NCBI GenBank assembly: GCA_043228905.1
Contig: JBHGNT010000006.1
Span: forward strand, 9,796,001 to 9,860,000
DNA from: Azolla caroliniana
Taxonomy: Eukaryota > Plantae > Polypodiophyta
Direction of reading: 5' to 3'
Length of the DNA stretch: 64,000 nucleotides
Position 1 is the stretch's first letter, and each line of letters begins with the position of its first letter. The notes beneath the pieces were generated by a model. The model ran no database searches and was not told the origin of the DNA. It saw only the letters and a list, made by a program, of their open reading frames with translations. Positions 37,166-47,809 of the stretch are shown piece by piece. Position numbers and translations under genes: made by a program.

Positions 37166-40100
37166 TGCACCACCAGGCGTTTCCGTTCGTCCCGGTTCAT
37201 CTCTTCCGGAGGCAGTCCTGTGCTCAGAAACTGGTGCATATTTGTCAGCCATTTGTCTTCCTGTGCCACCGTCTCATCTGCTGCTGTCTCCGTAGTGACT
37301 CGAAACAGCTCCGCATCCGGAAACTCATCCGCAACTCCGTCACCCGTCTCTCCGGACTCTAATCGGCTTAAGTAATCCGCCACGACATGCTGTATACCGG
37401 GTCGGTGAAATATTTCAAACTCGAACTCCTGTAACAGTAAGGTCCACCAGGCCAATTTGCCGGTGAGTGACGCTTTGGACACCAGGTAAAGGAGTGCCGA
37501 ATGATCTACATGGAAGGAAAACTTCCTTCCCAACAAGTAATGCTGAAACTTTGTCACACTGTAGATCATCCCTAGAGCTTCCCGTTCCGTAGTAGAGTAG
37601 TTCCGTTCTGCTTGGGATAGCTTCCGGCTGGCATAGTACACTGGCCGGTACCACTTTGGTTCCGTAAGCTGCATCAGTACGCTTCCGATTGCGATGTCGG
37701 AGGCGTCCGCGAACACGTGAAATTCTTTATTCCAATCCGGAGGTTGTACTACCGGTGCCTGCGACAATAGTACCTTGAGGGCCCTATACGCTCTATCCTC
37801 GGTGTCGGTCCACTGGAATGGTGTCCGATGTACGGCGGCATGCAACGGTGTAGCCAGGTCGGCCAAGTATCGGAGCATCCGGCTGTGCCACCGGATCTGG
37901 CCTAAGAACCAACTTAATGCCTTTGCCGTTACCGGCGCCGGTGCTTCTAATATGGCTTTCACTTTGTCCGGGTCGACTGCGATACCTTCCTGGCTCACAA
38001 TATGTCCTAATAGAGTTCCACTGGACACGCCAAATACACACTTTGCCGGATTCAAGCTTAGCCGGTACGCTCTACACTTTTCTAGACAAAGACGGAGGTG
38101 CTGAAAATGGTCCTCCTCCTGGCTATAGACGGCGAAATCGTCAAGGAAAACCTGCATAAAAGCCGGTATATATTCACCAAAGATTTCCATGATGATTCGT
38201 TGAAATGTTGCCGGTGCCGTTTTGAGTCCGAACATCATCACCACGGCCACAAACACCCCCCATTCGGTGATGAATGCCGTTTTCTCTTGGTCGTCGGGGT
38301 GCATCCGGATCTGATTATACCCGCTGAATCCGTCTAGGAAGCTATAGACCTCATGGCCGGCAACGACATCCAACACTCCATATGTGAAAGGAAGTGGAAA
38401 CGCATCCGTTACCGTAGCCGCATTGAGTTTCCGGTAGTCCACGCAAACTCGAATTTTTCCGTTCTTCTTCGGTACGACTACGATCGGGCTCAGCCATGTC
38501 GCTTTCTTTACCGGACGGATAAAGCCAACTCTTAGTAGTTTGTCGATTTCCTCCTTTACTATGGCGGCATAATTGGGATTCATCCGGTACCATCTTTGTG
38601 CCACTGGTTTTGCATCCTTGCTCAAGTGCACCTGATGCTGGTATAACTGAGGGTCGAGACCTCGCATGTCTTCATATGACCAGGAGAATACATTGCGAAA
38701 TTCCGTGAGAAGTGTGATCATCGCCGTTTTGTCTCCGGACTTCATCTCCTTGGCGATGTGCACCGGTTTTGCTTCGTCCCTGGTCCCTAAATTCACCTCT
38801 TCTAGTTGCGATGCTTTTACGCGCTGTGAAACGGCCATTTCCCGTTCCAACGCTTCCGGCACTTGCCGTAACTCCTGGATTGCGTCTTTATCCGGTTCTG
38901 CTTCAGCCTCTTCCGGTTGCGGTAAGTATGGTGCTACTGCTTCGGCAATGTCAATTTCGAAGAGGGGTATGATCTTCGGGTTATCCTGCAGGTATTGAGC
39001 TTCTTCTTCGTCCGCTAACCCTTCTAGCATGTTGACGCATTCCGCATACAACGGTGTACATTCCTTGCCAGTGCTCGTCCTTGGCTGTGTTGGTACCCGT
39101 ACCTTGGCTTTTCCTCGCCGGAAGGTAATTATATTTTTTCGCCAATTCTGTTTGATATGTGCCGTTTTCAACCATGGCCGCCCCAGCAATAGCGGGTATG
39201 CGCCTTGTGCCTGTAATTGTAGCACTACGGCCGAGATGTGAAATGTATGACCGCCGACGGTGACTTCTAATTTCCGTATTAATCCTGTCGGTCGCACTGA
39301 GCTTGTATTGGCCATCCGCAACCAGAACGGACACGGCTCCCACTCGTGGATTCCTAGGTCATCACACGTCCGGAGGCTTATTACATTTACCCCAGAGCCT
39401 CCGTCTATAACTGTGCCGGGGAGTTCTTTCCCTTTTACAATGGCAGTGATTACCGGACTGCTGGTGTCTACCACAGTTGGTCCCTCCTCCGGATTCGAGA
39501 AGAGTACCGGTGCCGGTGATGGTTCTCCTACCGTCATGGCCGTCTTCAGTCCTTCCGTGAATCTTGGCACGAGTTGTAGGAGTCTTCCTAGTGGTAACGT
39601 AATCTGGCATTCTTGCCATGTCTCGTTCTCGGAGTGACTACCGCCGGCAAGCCCTGCGGTGTTCTCCTTTTGCCGCTGTAAGTCTGTGACATTCTGCTCG
39701 TTTGCTTTCTTTACCCATTCCGTTTCTTGTTTCCGGATGGTCTCCTGTGTCTCCCATTCTTTGGCCATGCCCTTTGACCTTGTGGTCACCTGCTGCAGAT
39801 CTGCCACCTCAGGGACTACCATATTTACCGCCGGTCGTTTTTCATAGCTCTTCACCGGGCATTGGTTACTATAATGGCCTTCTTGTCGGCAGTAGTAGCA
39901 GTAGGCCTTCCGGGTATTGCTAGATTCGGCATTGTCTGTTGTACGAGCGGGGTTTTGTACCGGTTGGCTGCTTGGAGCTCCTTGTTCCGGATCCCGGGGG
40001 TGGCCGCCTTTTTTAAAATGCCGTTTTTTGTTATAGCTCTTCTTATTACGGTACTCTTGACGGGGTTGCCCGTTATATCTGCCGTATTCCTTCCGTTGCT

Positions 40101-41388
40101 GACGATACCCGGGGGAGTGCTCCCGGTCGTAATGTTCATATCGTCTATTGTAATCTTGGTACCGATCATGCCGGTCATAGTTATCCCGCCGATCACCGTA
40201 CCGGACTTCATTTTCCCGTCGATCGCCATACCGGACATCCTGTGCCGGTCGGTCACGGTCCATTCGCCGCCAGCGTTCGTCTTCATCATCCCGGCTGCTG
40301 CGTGGCTCAATTTGTCGGACGTGCGGTGCTTGCCGATTCAACAGATTATACTCGCACCTATCCGTCGTATGGCTCTTGGATTGACAGATTACACATTGCG
40401 TCCTCATAGTGCATTCTAGAGCCGAGTGTCCGGAATTCAAGCAGGTTGTGCACTGTATTGCTTGCCGAAACCGGAGGTCTTCATCGGACGGTAACGCCCG
40501 TTGAAGTGCTCCCAGTGTGAGCCAGGAGCTTGTCTTTTCCATCTCTCTCACCCGGTCAATGACCTGGTCGATGGTACTCGTGCGGAAGTCGATTACCGTG
40601 CAAACCGTGCGTAGGGGTTCCCGGAGCGCGTTTAGGAATATAGTCCGTAATTCCTCCTTCGGGGGTGCGCGGGCAAGCTGACTATGCATCCGTTGAAACC
40701 GGATGACAAATTGGGGAATGCTCTCCCCTGCCTCTTGCCGGATGGTATAAAATAAGCCTACCATTACGGTCTGGTCCACCTCCTTTTGAAAAAAATGCAA
40801 GAATTTAGCTTTTAAATCTGCAAAGGTGTTGATGGTAGACGGGTCCTGCGTCCGGCGCCATCTTGCTGCCGGTCCCTCCAATGTGACGCCAAATTCCGCT
40901 ATCTTAGAGCGTTCTTCTTCCTCCGGGGTCAATCGCTGGGACACATGGTTGGCTTCCCATGTCTGTTCAAAGGCGTGCACATGAGCTTCCGCGTCCGGAT
41001 CATCTCTATACTTGGAGTACTGGAACAACATGTCGTCGTTCGGTATCGGTGCGCGGGCTGGTAGTGTTGGTGCTCGTTCCAGAATTTTTTTCGGCGTTGG
41101 TGGTCTTTCCTGATTTGTTTCCGGCGTCGGTTGTATTTCCTCTTCCTTTGGTGACGGAGGCCTCTCCTCTTCGACTTCCGGTGTCGGAGGTCGCTCTTCC
41201 TCTGCTGGTTCCGGGGGTTCCAGCGTTAGCACTTCCGGTTCCGGTGTCGGTAAGGTATCCGATCCTTCGTCCTCCGGTCCGTCCGGGGTTTCGTTGCTGC
41301 TACGGTAGTTCGTGTGCACGCTGTATTCCCCTTCGGAGTCTGATTCATATGCTGAAAAGGCTTCTGCTTCACCTTCTCCGTTTGCCAA
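37072..41388 (-). CDS. Gypsy Gag-Pol (Gag, zinc knuckles, protease, RT, RNase H), 1438 aa; frameshifts into the integrase ORF near 37150
   Basis: CYYCRQEGHYSNQC, VIDGGSGVNVI, RVCVDYRKLN, LDGFSGYNQI, VFLDDF, FADASDIAIG, NYSTTEREAL. Confidence 0.9.
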   Translation of the reverse strand: MANGEGEAEAFSAYESDSEGEYSVHTNYRSSNETPDGPEDEGSDTLPTPEPEVLTLEPPEPAEEERPPTPEVEEERPPSPKEEEIQPTPETNQERPPTPKKILERAPTLPARAPIPNDDMLFQYSKYRDDPDAEAHVHAFEQTWEANHVSQRLTPEEEERSKIAEFGVTLEGPAARWRRTQDPSTINTFADLKAKFLHFFQKEVDQTVMVGLFYTIRQEAGESIPQFVIRFQRMHSQLARAPPKEELRTIFLNALREPLRTVCTVIDFRTSTIDQVIDRVREMEKTSSWLTLGALQRALPSDEDLRFRQAIQCTTCLNSGHSALECTMRTQCVICQSKSHTTDRCEYNLLNRQAPHVRQIEPRSSRDDEDERWRRMDRDRPAQDVRYGDRRENEVRYGDRRDNYDRHDRYQDYNRRYEHYDREHSPGYRQQRKEYGRYNGQPRQEYRNKKSYNKKRHFKKGGHPRDPEQGAPSSQPVQNPARTTDNAESSNTRKAYCYYCRQEGHYSNQCPVKSYEKRPAVNMVVPEVADLQQVTTRSKGMAKEWETQETIRKQETEWVKKANEQNVTDLQRQKENTAGLAGGSHSENETWQECQITLPLGRLLQLVPRFTEGLKTAMTVGEPSPAPVLFSNPEEGPTVVDTSSPVITAIVKGKELPGTVIDGGSGVNVISLRTCDDLGIHEWEPCPFWLRMANTSSVRPTGLIRKLEVTVGGHTFHISAVVLQLQAQGAYPLLLGRPWLKTAHIKQNWRKNIITFRRGKAKVRVPTQPRTSTGKECTPLYAECVNMLEGLADEEEAQYLQDNPKIIPLFEIDIAEAVAPYLPQPEEAEAEPDKDAIQELRQVPEALEREMAVSQRVKASQLEEVNLGTRDEAKPVHIAKEMKSGDKTAMITLLTEFRNVFSWSYEDMRGLDPQLYQHQVHLSKDAKPVAQRWYRMNPNYAAIVKEEIDKLLRVGFIRPVKKATWLSPIVVVPKKNGKIRVCVDYRKLNAATVTDAFPLPFTYGVLDVVAGHEVYSFLDGFSGYNQIRMHPDDQEKTAFITEWGVFVAVVMMFGLKTAPATFQRIIMEIFGEYIPAFMQVFLDDFAVYSQEEDHFQHLRLCLEKCRAYRLSLNPAKCVFGVSSGTLLGHIVSQEGIAVDPDKVKAILEAPAPVTAKALSWFLGQIRWHSRMLRYLADLATPLHAAVHRTPFQWTDTEDRAYRALKVLLSQAPVVQPPDWNKEFHVFADASDIAIGSVLMQLTEPKWYRPVYYASRKLSQAERNYSTTEREALGMIYSVTKFQHYLLGRKFSFHVDHSALLYLVSKASLTGKLAWWTLLLQEFEFEIFHRPGIQHVVADYLSRLESGETGDGVADEFPDAELFRVTTETAADETVAQEDKWLTNMHQFLSTGLPPEEMNRDERKRLVVQSRHFCYYKTHCTTRARTAYGDGWCAAMKRN

Positions 41389-42107
41389 CGCATGGAGAAG
41401 GGATTCGGTTTCCCGGAGGCTTATAGGCTGCTGCCGTCGTCCGGGTGCGATGTTTGCTGTAACCAGAGGGAGTCCTCCGCTACTCTCCGGATTACGTTGG
41501 AAAACGAGCGATCCGCTCTAATTTCCTGCGCCGCTTGCTGGAAAGCCTCGCGTCTCCTTTGCCTTTCGGCAAGGCGTCGAGTTCGATCTGTAACCAGGTC
41601 GTGCGTTGATCTAGACATCCATCTGTGCCGTTGTTCGCTGCAAAAATAGGAATCGTGGTCGCCAAAAACTGTGTTAACTCTTCGGGCCGGACAATGGCCT
41701 AACACAGGGTGTCTACGGGAGACACTTCACCAAAGGGTGTTACGGCAACCGGATTAGACTTCAACGCTTAATCCTACTTGGTTAAGTTACTTATTATGAT
41801 CGTCTTTCATAACACACGCGTAAGATATAACAATTAAGACAGAACGACAATTAACACATAGAGATAACAATGCTTAAGCTTTCATTAATTAACCGCTAAC
41901 TATTACATTGTATCCGGGCCTTTAAATAGGTTTCCGGTCTGTATTACAAAATGATGCCATCCGCACCTGTTCGGGATCGGTCCGGATCCGGAACGGCATA
42001 CCGTTTCCGGTCCGTCCGTCCACACTCATAGCTTAATTACAACCACATTCCTATTACTTAATTAACTCTTCGTTTCCCACTCTGGACTCCTTTGCTGGCT
42101 GGTAACA

Positions 42108-45100
42108 TTCGGGATCCTCGGGCTCACAGCTCCGGTTCCTCCTGGCTTCACGCCTCGCTCGTGCTCCTCGACCTGTTCGACTCCGCGCGCTTCGACCCTT
42201 CCTGTCGGCTTGTCTGCTCATGCGGCCCTTATCAACTCTTCTTCTGTTGCGGTGTTGACGCTTCTCCTGCTGCCTTTTCTTCCGCTTGGGCCTCGGTTGA
42301 TTTAGCGTGTCTGAATCAAACATCCGAACCGACTTGGCTACCTCCGATCGGTTTTCGCTCTCGTCCGAGTTGGCTGTCTCCAACTCGTCTTCGGTCTTCT
42401 CGCCTTCGATGGCGTCATCTTCCCCATGCGTGGTTGGCTTCGGCTCTCTCCTTCGGTTGCTCCCCTTCTGTCTGCTTCCGAACTTTTCCGCGGGTCCGCC
42501 AACGGCTTCTTCAGCCGATCCGATGTCGAACTTGTCAACCGACTTGGTGTCGCGGTCTCCGCTCCTTTCCTGTTGCCTTGCTTGGTCGTTCAGGACTGTT
42601 CTCCCCCTCAAGTTCGGCACGTTGAGGTGACGCAACCCGAGCGCACCTGAGAATTGCCGCACCTTGTCCAGACCAAGTGGCTTGGTGAAGATGTCAGCAG
42701 TCTACCGATCCACGGAACGTACTGAAGTTCGACTTCACCGGAAAGGACACGCTCACGGACGAAATGATAGTGCACCTCAATGTGCTTGGTCCGTGCGTGG
42801 AAGACGGGGTTCTTCACGAGCTGGATGCTGTTGAGGTTGTCGCAGTAGATCGTCGTCGGATTTGACACCTCCTCTTGCAGGTCCTTAAGTAGCCGCTTCA
42901 ACCATATGGCTTCGCATGTCGCGATAGCCGCTCCTCGGTACTCCGCTTCGGTGCTCGATAGTGCAACTGTCGGCTGCTTCTTACTGCTCCACGCGATCGC
43001 GGCACTCCCGAGGGAGAACGCGTATCTAGACGTGGATCGGCGATCAGCGGCGTTGCCAGCCCAATCAACATCGGTGTAGCCGACTAACTGCACGGCTGCA
43101 CCGGTCTGATATAGCAGTCCTCGGTCCTTAGTGCCACTTACGTACCGCAGGACGCGTTGCGCACACTGAAGGTGCTCCTTGGTAGGTCGCGCCATGAACT
43201 GACTGATCACCCTGACCGGATAACTGAGGTCGGGTCAGGTGAAGGTCAAGTATATGAGGCTTCCGACAATTTGTCGAAACCTCGTCAGGTCGCATACCTT
43301 TCCCGTATCGGGACGAAGCTTGACGGTTCTGTCCAGAGGAGTCGAGACGGACTTACAGTCGGTCATCCCGAGTTTGAAGAGCATACTTAGCACGTAATGA
43401 CGTTGGCTGATCAATATGCCTTCGGGGGTACGGATCACTTCGATCCTGAGGAAGTAGTGAAGGTCCCCTAGATCCTTCATGTCGAACGATGCCGCAAGCT
43501 GGAGCTTCACGCGGTCGATTTCACCGAGGTTGGCGCCGGTGATGACCAAGTCATCAACATATAGTAAAATACTAACCGGTCCGAGTCGACCTTTCCGGAT
43601 GAACAGGGAAGAGTCCGATTTTGACGTGGCGAAGCCCATCCGACGCAGTTGTTGCGTGATCTTTGTGTTCCAGGCACGCGGGGCTTTCTTCAGTCTGTAA
43701 AGGGACTTCTTCAGTCGGCATACTGCCGAGGAGTTCGATCCAGAGTGAAATCTGGGGGGCTGTACCATGTACACGTGTTCCTCAGCTACTGCGAGCAAAA
43801 CACGGACGGTCGTCATTTTCGCGACCAACGCAAACGTCTCATCGTAGTCGATGCCGTGTTTTTGCGCGTAGCCCTTTGCCACTAGCTGAGCCTTGTGCCG
43901 GTTGACGGAGCCATCGGTGTTGTACTTGACATTGTACACCCATCTACACCCGATCGGCTTCACACCCTTCCGTGCGTCAACTAGGTCCCAGGTCTCGTTC
44001 TCTGCCAGTGCATGCATCTCTTCCTCCATCGCGGTGCGCCAATTCGCGTCCTTCGCCGCTTCTGCGTAGCTCTTAGGCTCACGCACTTCCGCTACACGGG
44101 TCATGTACGCATAATGATGCGCCATGTACTCGTTATATCCGAACCGCACAACGGGGTTCTTTTGGCGGGTAGATCGGCGTAATCTCACATCAGCCGATGT
44201 CGAGGCCTTCTCGGTCGATGCGGTCTTCATCTTTAAAGACCTGTCACCGGTTTCCTCGGAGTCGGAATCGCGTTGTTCTGACTTGTTCCTTTCCATGCCG
44301 GAATCCGACGCCTTCTTCTTCCCTTTCTCTTTGCGCGTAAGCCGTCTCCTCGCTTCCTGCACGGGGAATGCACGGCCGAGTCTCCACTACTCGCCGGCTC
44401 TTCATCGGACTGGTCGTACCGACTCAGTCGTCCAATCGGTCCACTTAACCGTAGTGAAATCGGACTGTCTTCGCGGGTCTCGATTTCGGGCTCATCCGGA
44501 GGCATCTCGGCCTCACTGACCTCATCGTCAGAGCTCGGATTGGAGTCGAGGTTCGTAGTCGGGGGTAGGTACCAGGACGCGGACTCGTCAAACACAACGT
44601 CGCGGCTGACACGCGCTTGTTTGGTGCGAGGGTTATAGCACTTATAACCCTTCTGCTCGTCTGAGTAACCGACCAAGATGCACTTCTCGGCCTTTGCGTC
44701 CAGCTTCCTTCTTTTCTCCTTCGGTACATGCACATACGCAATGCTGCCGAACACCCTCAAGTGTCGCAAGTTCGGCTTCGTTCCGAAATATAGCTCGTGC
44801 GCCGACACTTTGTCTCCGATCCGGTTCTGGATGTATACCGTGGTCCTTACCGCCTCGGCCCAGTAGAACTTGGGCAAGCTCTTCTCCTCCAGCATTGCCC
44901 GTGCTGCTTCCACAACTGACCAATTCTTCCTCTCGGCCACGCCGTTCTGCTCTGGCGTGTATCTACAATTGAATTCGCGGCGAATTCCCATTTGTTGTAG
45001 ATAACCGTTGAATTGACTGGAAAAGTACTCTTTTCCGCCATCCGACCGCAGGCACTTGATCTTTCGTCCCGTTTCGGCTTCCACGAACCCTTTGAGGTCC

Positions 45101-46824
45101 CGGAAACAGTCGAAGACTTCGCTCTTCCTCTCAATGAGGTAGATCCATGTGTGCCGCGTGTGGTCGTCGATGAAGGAGACGAAATATCGGCTCCCGCCAA
45201 GACTAACGTTTTGTGCCGGCCCCCATACATCGGAGTGTATAAGGTCGAGCTTGTTCCGGCTCCGGTTTTGCTCGTTGGGGAAAGGAAGTTGGTGTTGCTT
45301 CCCGAGCTGGCAGGCTTCACAAATTTGTGCCTTTCGGCCACTAAATTTGGGCAATCCGAATACTACCTGTTTCGATTGCAAATCTTGAAGCCGCTGGTAG
45401 TTGACGTGGCCTATCCGCTTGTGCCACAAGTCGATGTCCGACTCGGTCTTTTGTCCCTTCGCGAACATTGCGGTGCCGTTGTCAGTGGAGTCGAGGACGA
45501 ACATCCTCCCATCTCTGCGCCCTTGCGCAATCACACGGCCTTCTTCCTCAATGAAGCACCTGAGGTGTGTAAACCGAACCTCCATACCTTGGTTGACGAT
45601 CTGTCCGACCGAGACCAAGTTCTTCGTGATTGTCGGAACGTGCAACACGTTCATGAGTTTCCCTTTCTGCCCGACATGGCTAAGGGGAACTTCTCCGACA
45701 TTCGCAATCGGATGCGGAGTGTCGTCTCCAGTTGCGACTACTCCAGGTTGTATCGGTTTTTCAAGGTATGAGAACCACTCCTTATGGCTCGTCATGTGGT
45801 TTGACGCGCTGGAGTCTACGTACCACACCTCGTCCGATCTCGGGGTGCTCTGTTTCATTGAGTTTGCTTCGTGTCTCGTCACGAAGATAGACCCTTCTCC
45901 GGCTCTCCCCGAGTCTTCGGCGTAGTGCGATTGGTGCCGATTTCCCTTGTCGGTATTTCTGGAGCCATTTCTCTCTGAATCGGCGCGCTTCTTCCAGCAC
46001 TCACTTTCCTTGTGGCCTTTCTTGCCACAGTACCAGCACTCCGCGATGGCCTTCCCTTGCCGGTTCTCATCGCTTCGACTCCCCCTGTTTCCGGAGGGTC
46101 CGGAGTTGCTGTCGGCATCACTTCGGTGCCATGTTCCTTGATCTCGTCGGCCGCTTCCATTGCGTACCGACTCGCCTCGTCCGCCACGATCACGGGGCCT
46201 TTCTCCCTCCGTGTACAACATCTTGTTGTCGGTGTGCGTGCTTGTCGACGCACCTGCGTGGTTCTCCTCTACCAGGAGCATCGACTGTAAGTCGAAAAAG
46301 GACGTCGTATTCTCTCGGGTACACACAGCCGTTCGGAACGCTCCGAACTTCGACACCAAATCTCCGAGACAGATCTGGACCATCTCGCTCTCCTCGATGT
46401 TCACCTCTATGGAGGCGAGGTAGTCGCAGATATCCTTGATCTTCGAGGTATAGTCCGCCACCGACAAGTCGCGTTGTCGTAGGTTGCTCAACTCCGATCG
46501 GAGCTGAAGCTTCCTGGCTGTGGTGCTCGCGGCGAAAATCTTCTTCAGATTTTCCCACGCACCCTTCGGCGTCTTTGCATCCCGAACATAGCTGAATAGC
46601 TGTTCGCCCACACACGATGCGAAGCAGTATAGTACCCTGCTCGCCGATTGCTCCCACGACGGGAAGTCTCTGTGTGTCGATTCGGGTGCCGCATCATTAG
46701 CTCCTTCGACATAAGTCCAGTAGCCGTGCCCAAGCAGGTACTGGTGCATCTTGTAGGACCAAGACGTGTAGTTGGTTCTATCGAGCTTCTCTGTTGGAAG
46801 TGAGCTCGCCATGCCTCTATCCAT
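42108..46824 (-). pseudogene. Copia B gag-pol polyprotein (frameshifted; ORFs 44233-46824, 43235-44362, 42608-43210 plus C-terminal extension)
   Basis: Gag, zinc knuckle CWYCGKKGHKESEC, protease WYVDSSASNH, integrase HSDVWGP/RSDGGKE/EQNGVAERKN, RT LLYVDD, RNase H YTDVDWAG..YCDN..HARTKHIEVHYH. The [10 protein letters not shown] motif is deleted in frame at ~43785. Confidence 0.9.
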
Positions 46825-47705
46825 CGTTCTTCTCTTTCTTCTTCGTCAAGCTGTGTCGGCTGCAGAGAGGTTCTCAACCCTTGCGCTCTGATACCATGTA
46901 AAAAGAAACGTGCGGAAGCAAGTATGAAGACCGAACAGAAGAGAGGAAACTCAGGTTTAATGGAGAGCTTGAGCTTACACGGTATACACAGGAGAGACAG
47001 AGAGAGAAACACAAAAAACTATATTCAACAATAATACTCAGTCTGTACATAAGACGTGCTCAGTGAGCGCTTTTATACAAGTCCTGGAAGGACTGACCGA
47101 AGTACTGACAGTACTTCAATGCTCATTAAGAGCTCCTACACTAACTCCCAAATATATATTCCTCACGGAATATCTTTCTTAACGACCTCCCGGTTTACGC
47201 ACTCGGCCTAACCGATCGGTCCCACCCGATCCGGTCCTCGGCTTCTTCAGCCGATCCGGCCGATGTTGAGCTTGTCTCTCAACAACAACCATATTCTTTG
47301 TGGAACGGGGAAATCGTGCACATCGATACATGTTATCTGCCATTCGAACCATTGCTTCCATGAGACTTAGCTTACATGCATTGCGATGTAAGTCAGGGCG
47401 TTGGGGCACAAGTGATGAGAGTGGTTGGCTATGCACACTTTACCCTAAACAAGTTCGTAAGTTTGAGTATCACACTTTGATACAATGCTCTGCCTTTGAT
47501 CATATTCGACCATGCTTTCCACATCTCTTCGACCGAGCCCAATCCTTGCATGAATTCCTCTCACAACCACAATGTGCACTCTCAATTGCAACATTCATTG
47601 GTAAAGTTCTTGAACATCGAGAGTCACTACTCACTTTCACACGTATCATGTGAAATGTAATATTTTTGGTCTCATAGGTCATATTTGACCTCCGAAGATG
47701 ATAAT

Positions 47706-47758
<53 letters not shown>

Positions 47759-47775
47759 GCCTTACATGCACGCGT

Positions 47776-47809
<34 letters not shown>

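Larger units (their letters stand above)
35582..42107 (-). mobile_element. Ty3/Gypsy LTR retrotransposon (non-chromovirus-like, tRNA-Arg-type PBS), nested in Copia B
   Basis: 436-bp LTRs 35582-36017 and 41672-42107 (TGTTAAC...GGTAACA, ~9 differences by eye). 5-bp TSD TTCGG. PBS TGGCGACCACG follows a CAGTTTT spacer. Confidence 0.95.
35162..47284 (-). mobile_element. Ty1/Copia LTR retrotransposon B (young, same family as Copia C)
   Basis: Near-identical 388-bp LTRs 35162-35549 and 46897-47284, TSD ACAAC, PBS TGGTATCAGAGC, and PPT (plus-strand CTCCCCCT at 35550). Confidence 0.95.
34048..47706 (+). mobile_element. 5'-truncated non-LTR retrotransposon (LINE, RTE-X/L2-like), split by Copia B (parts 34048-35161 and 47285-47706)
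   Basis: RT motifs CFVDFKKAFD, GVKQGCPLSPTLF, LLYADD; C-terminal CCHC-like LCTLY..EYHTLIQC..FDHIR. Probable TSD TAATCTCTCTCTCTCT (34032-34047 and from 47707). Confidence 0.85.

Noticed and set aside
45013-45925. Long antisense ORFs over Copia B pol (and similar ones over the Gypsy pol)
   Set aside because: Shadow ORFs expected opposite GC-rich coding sequence; no independent motifs.
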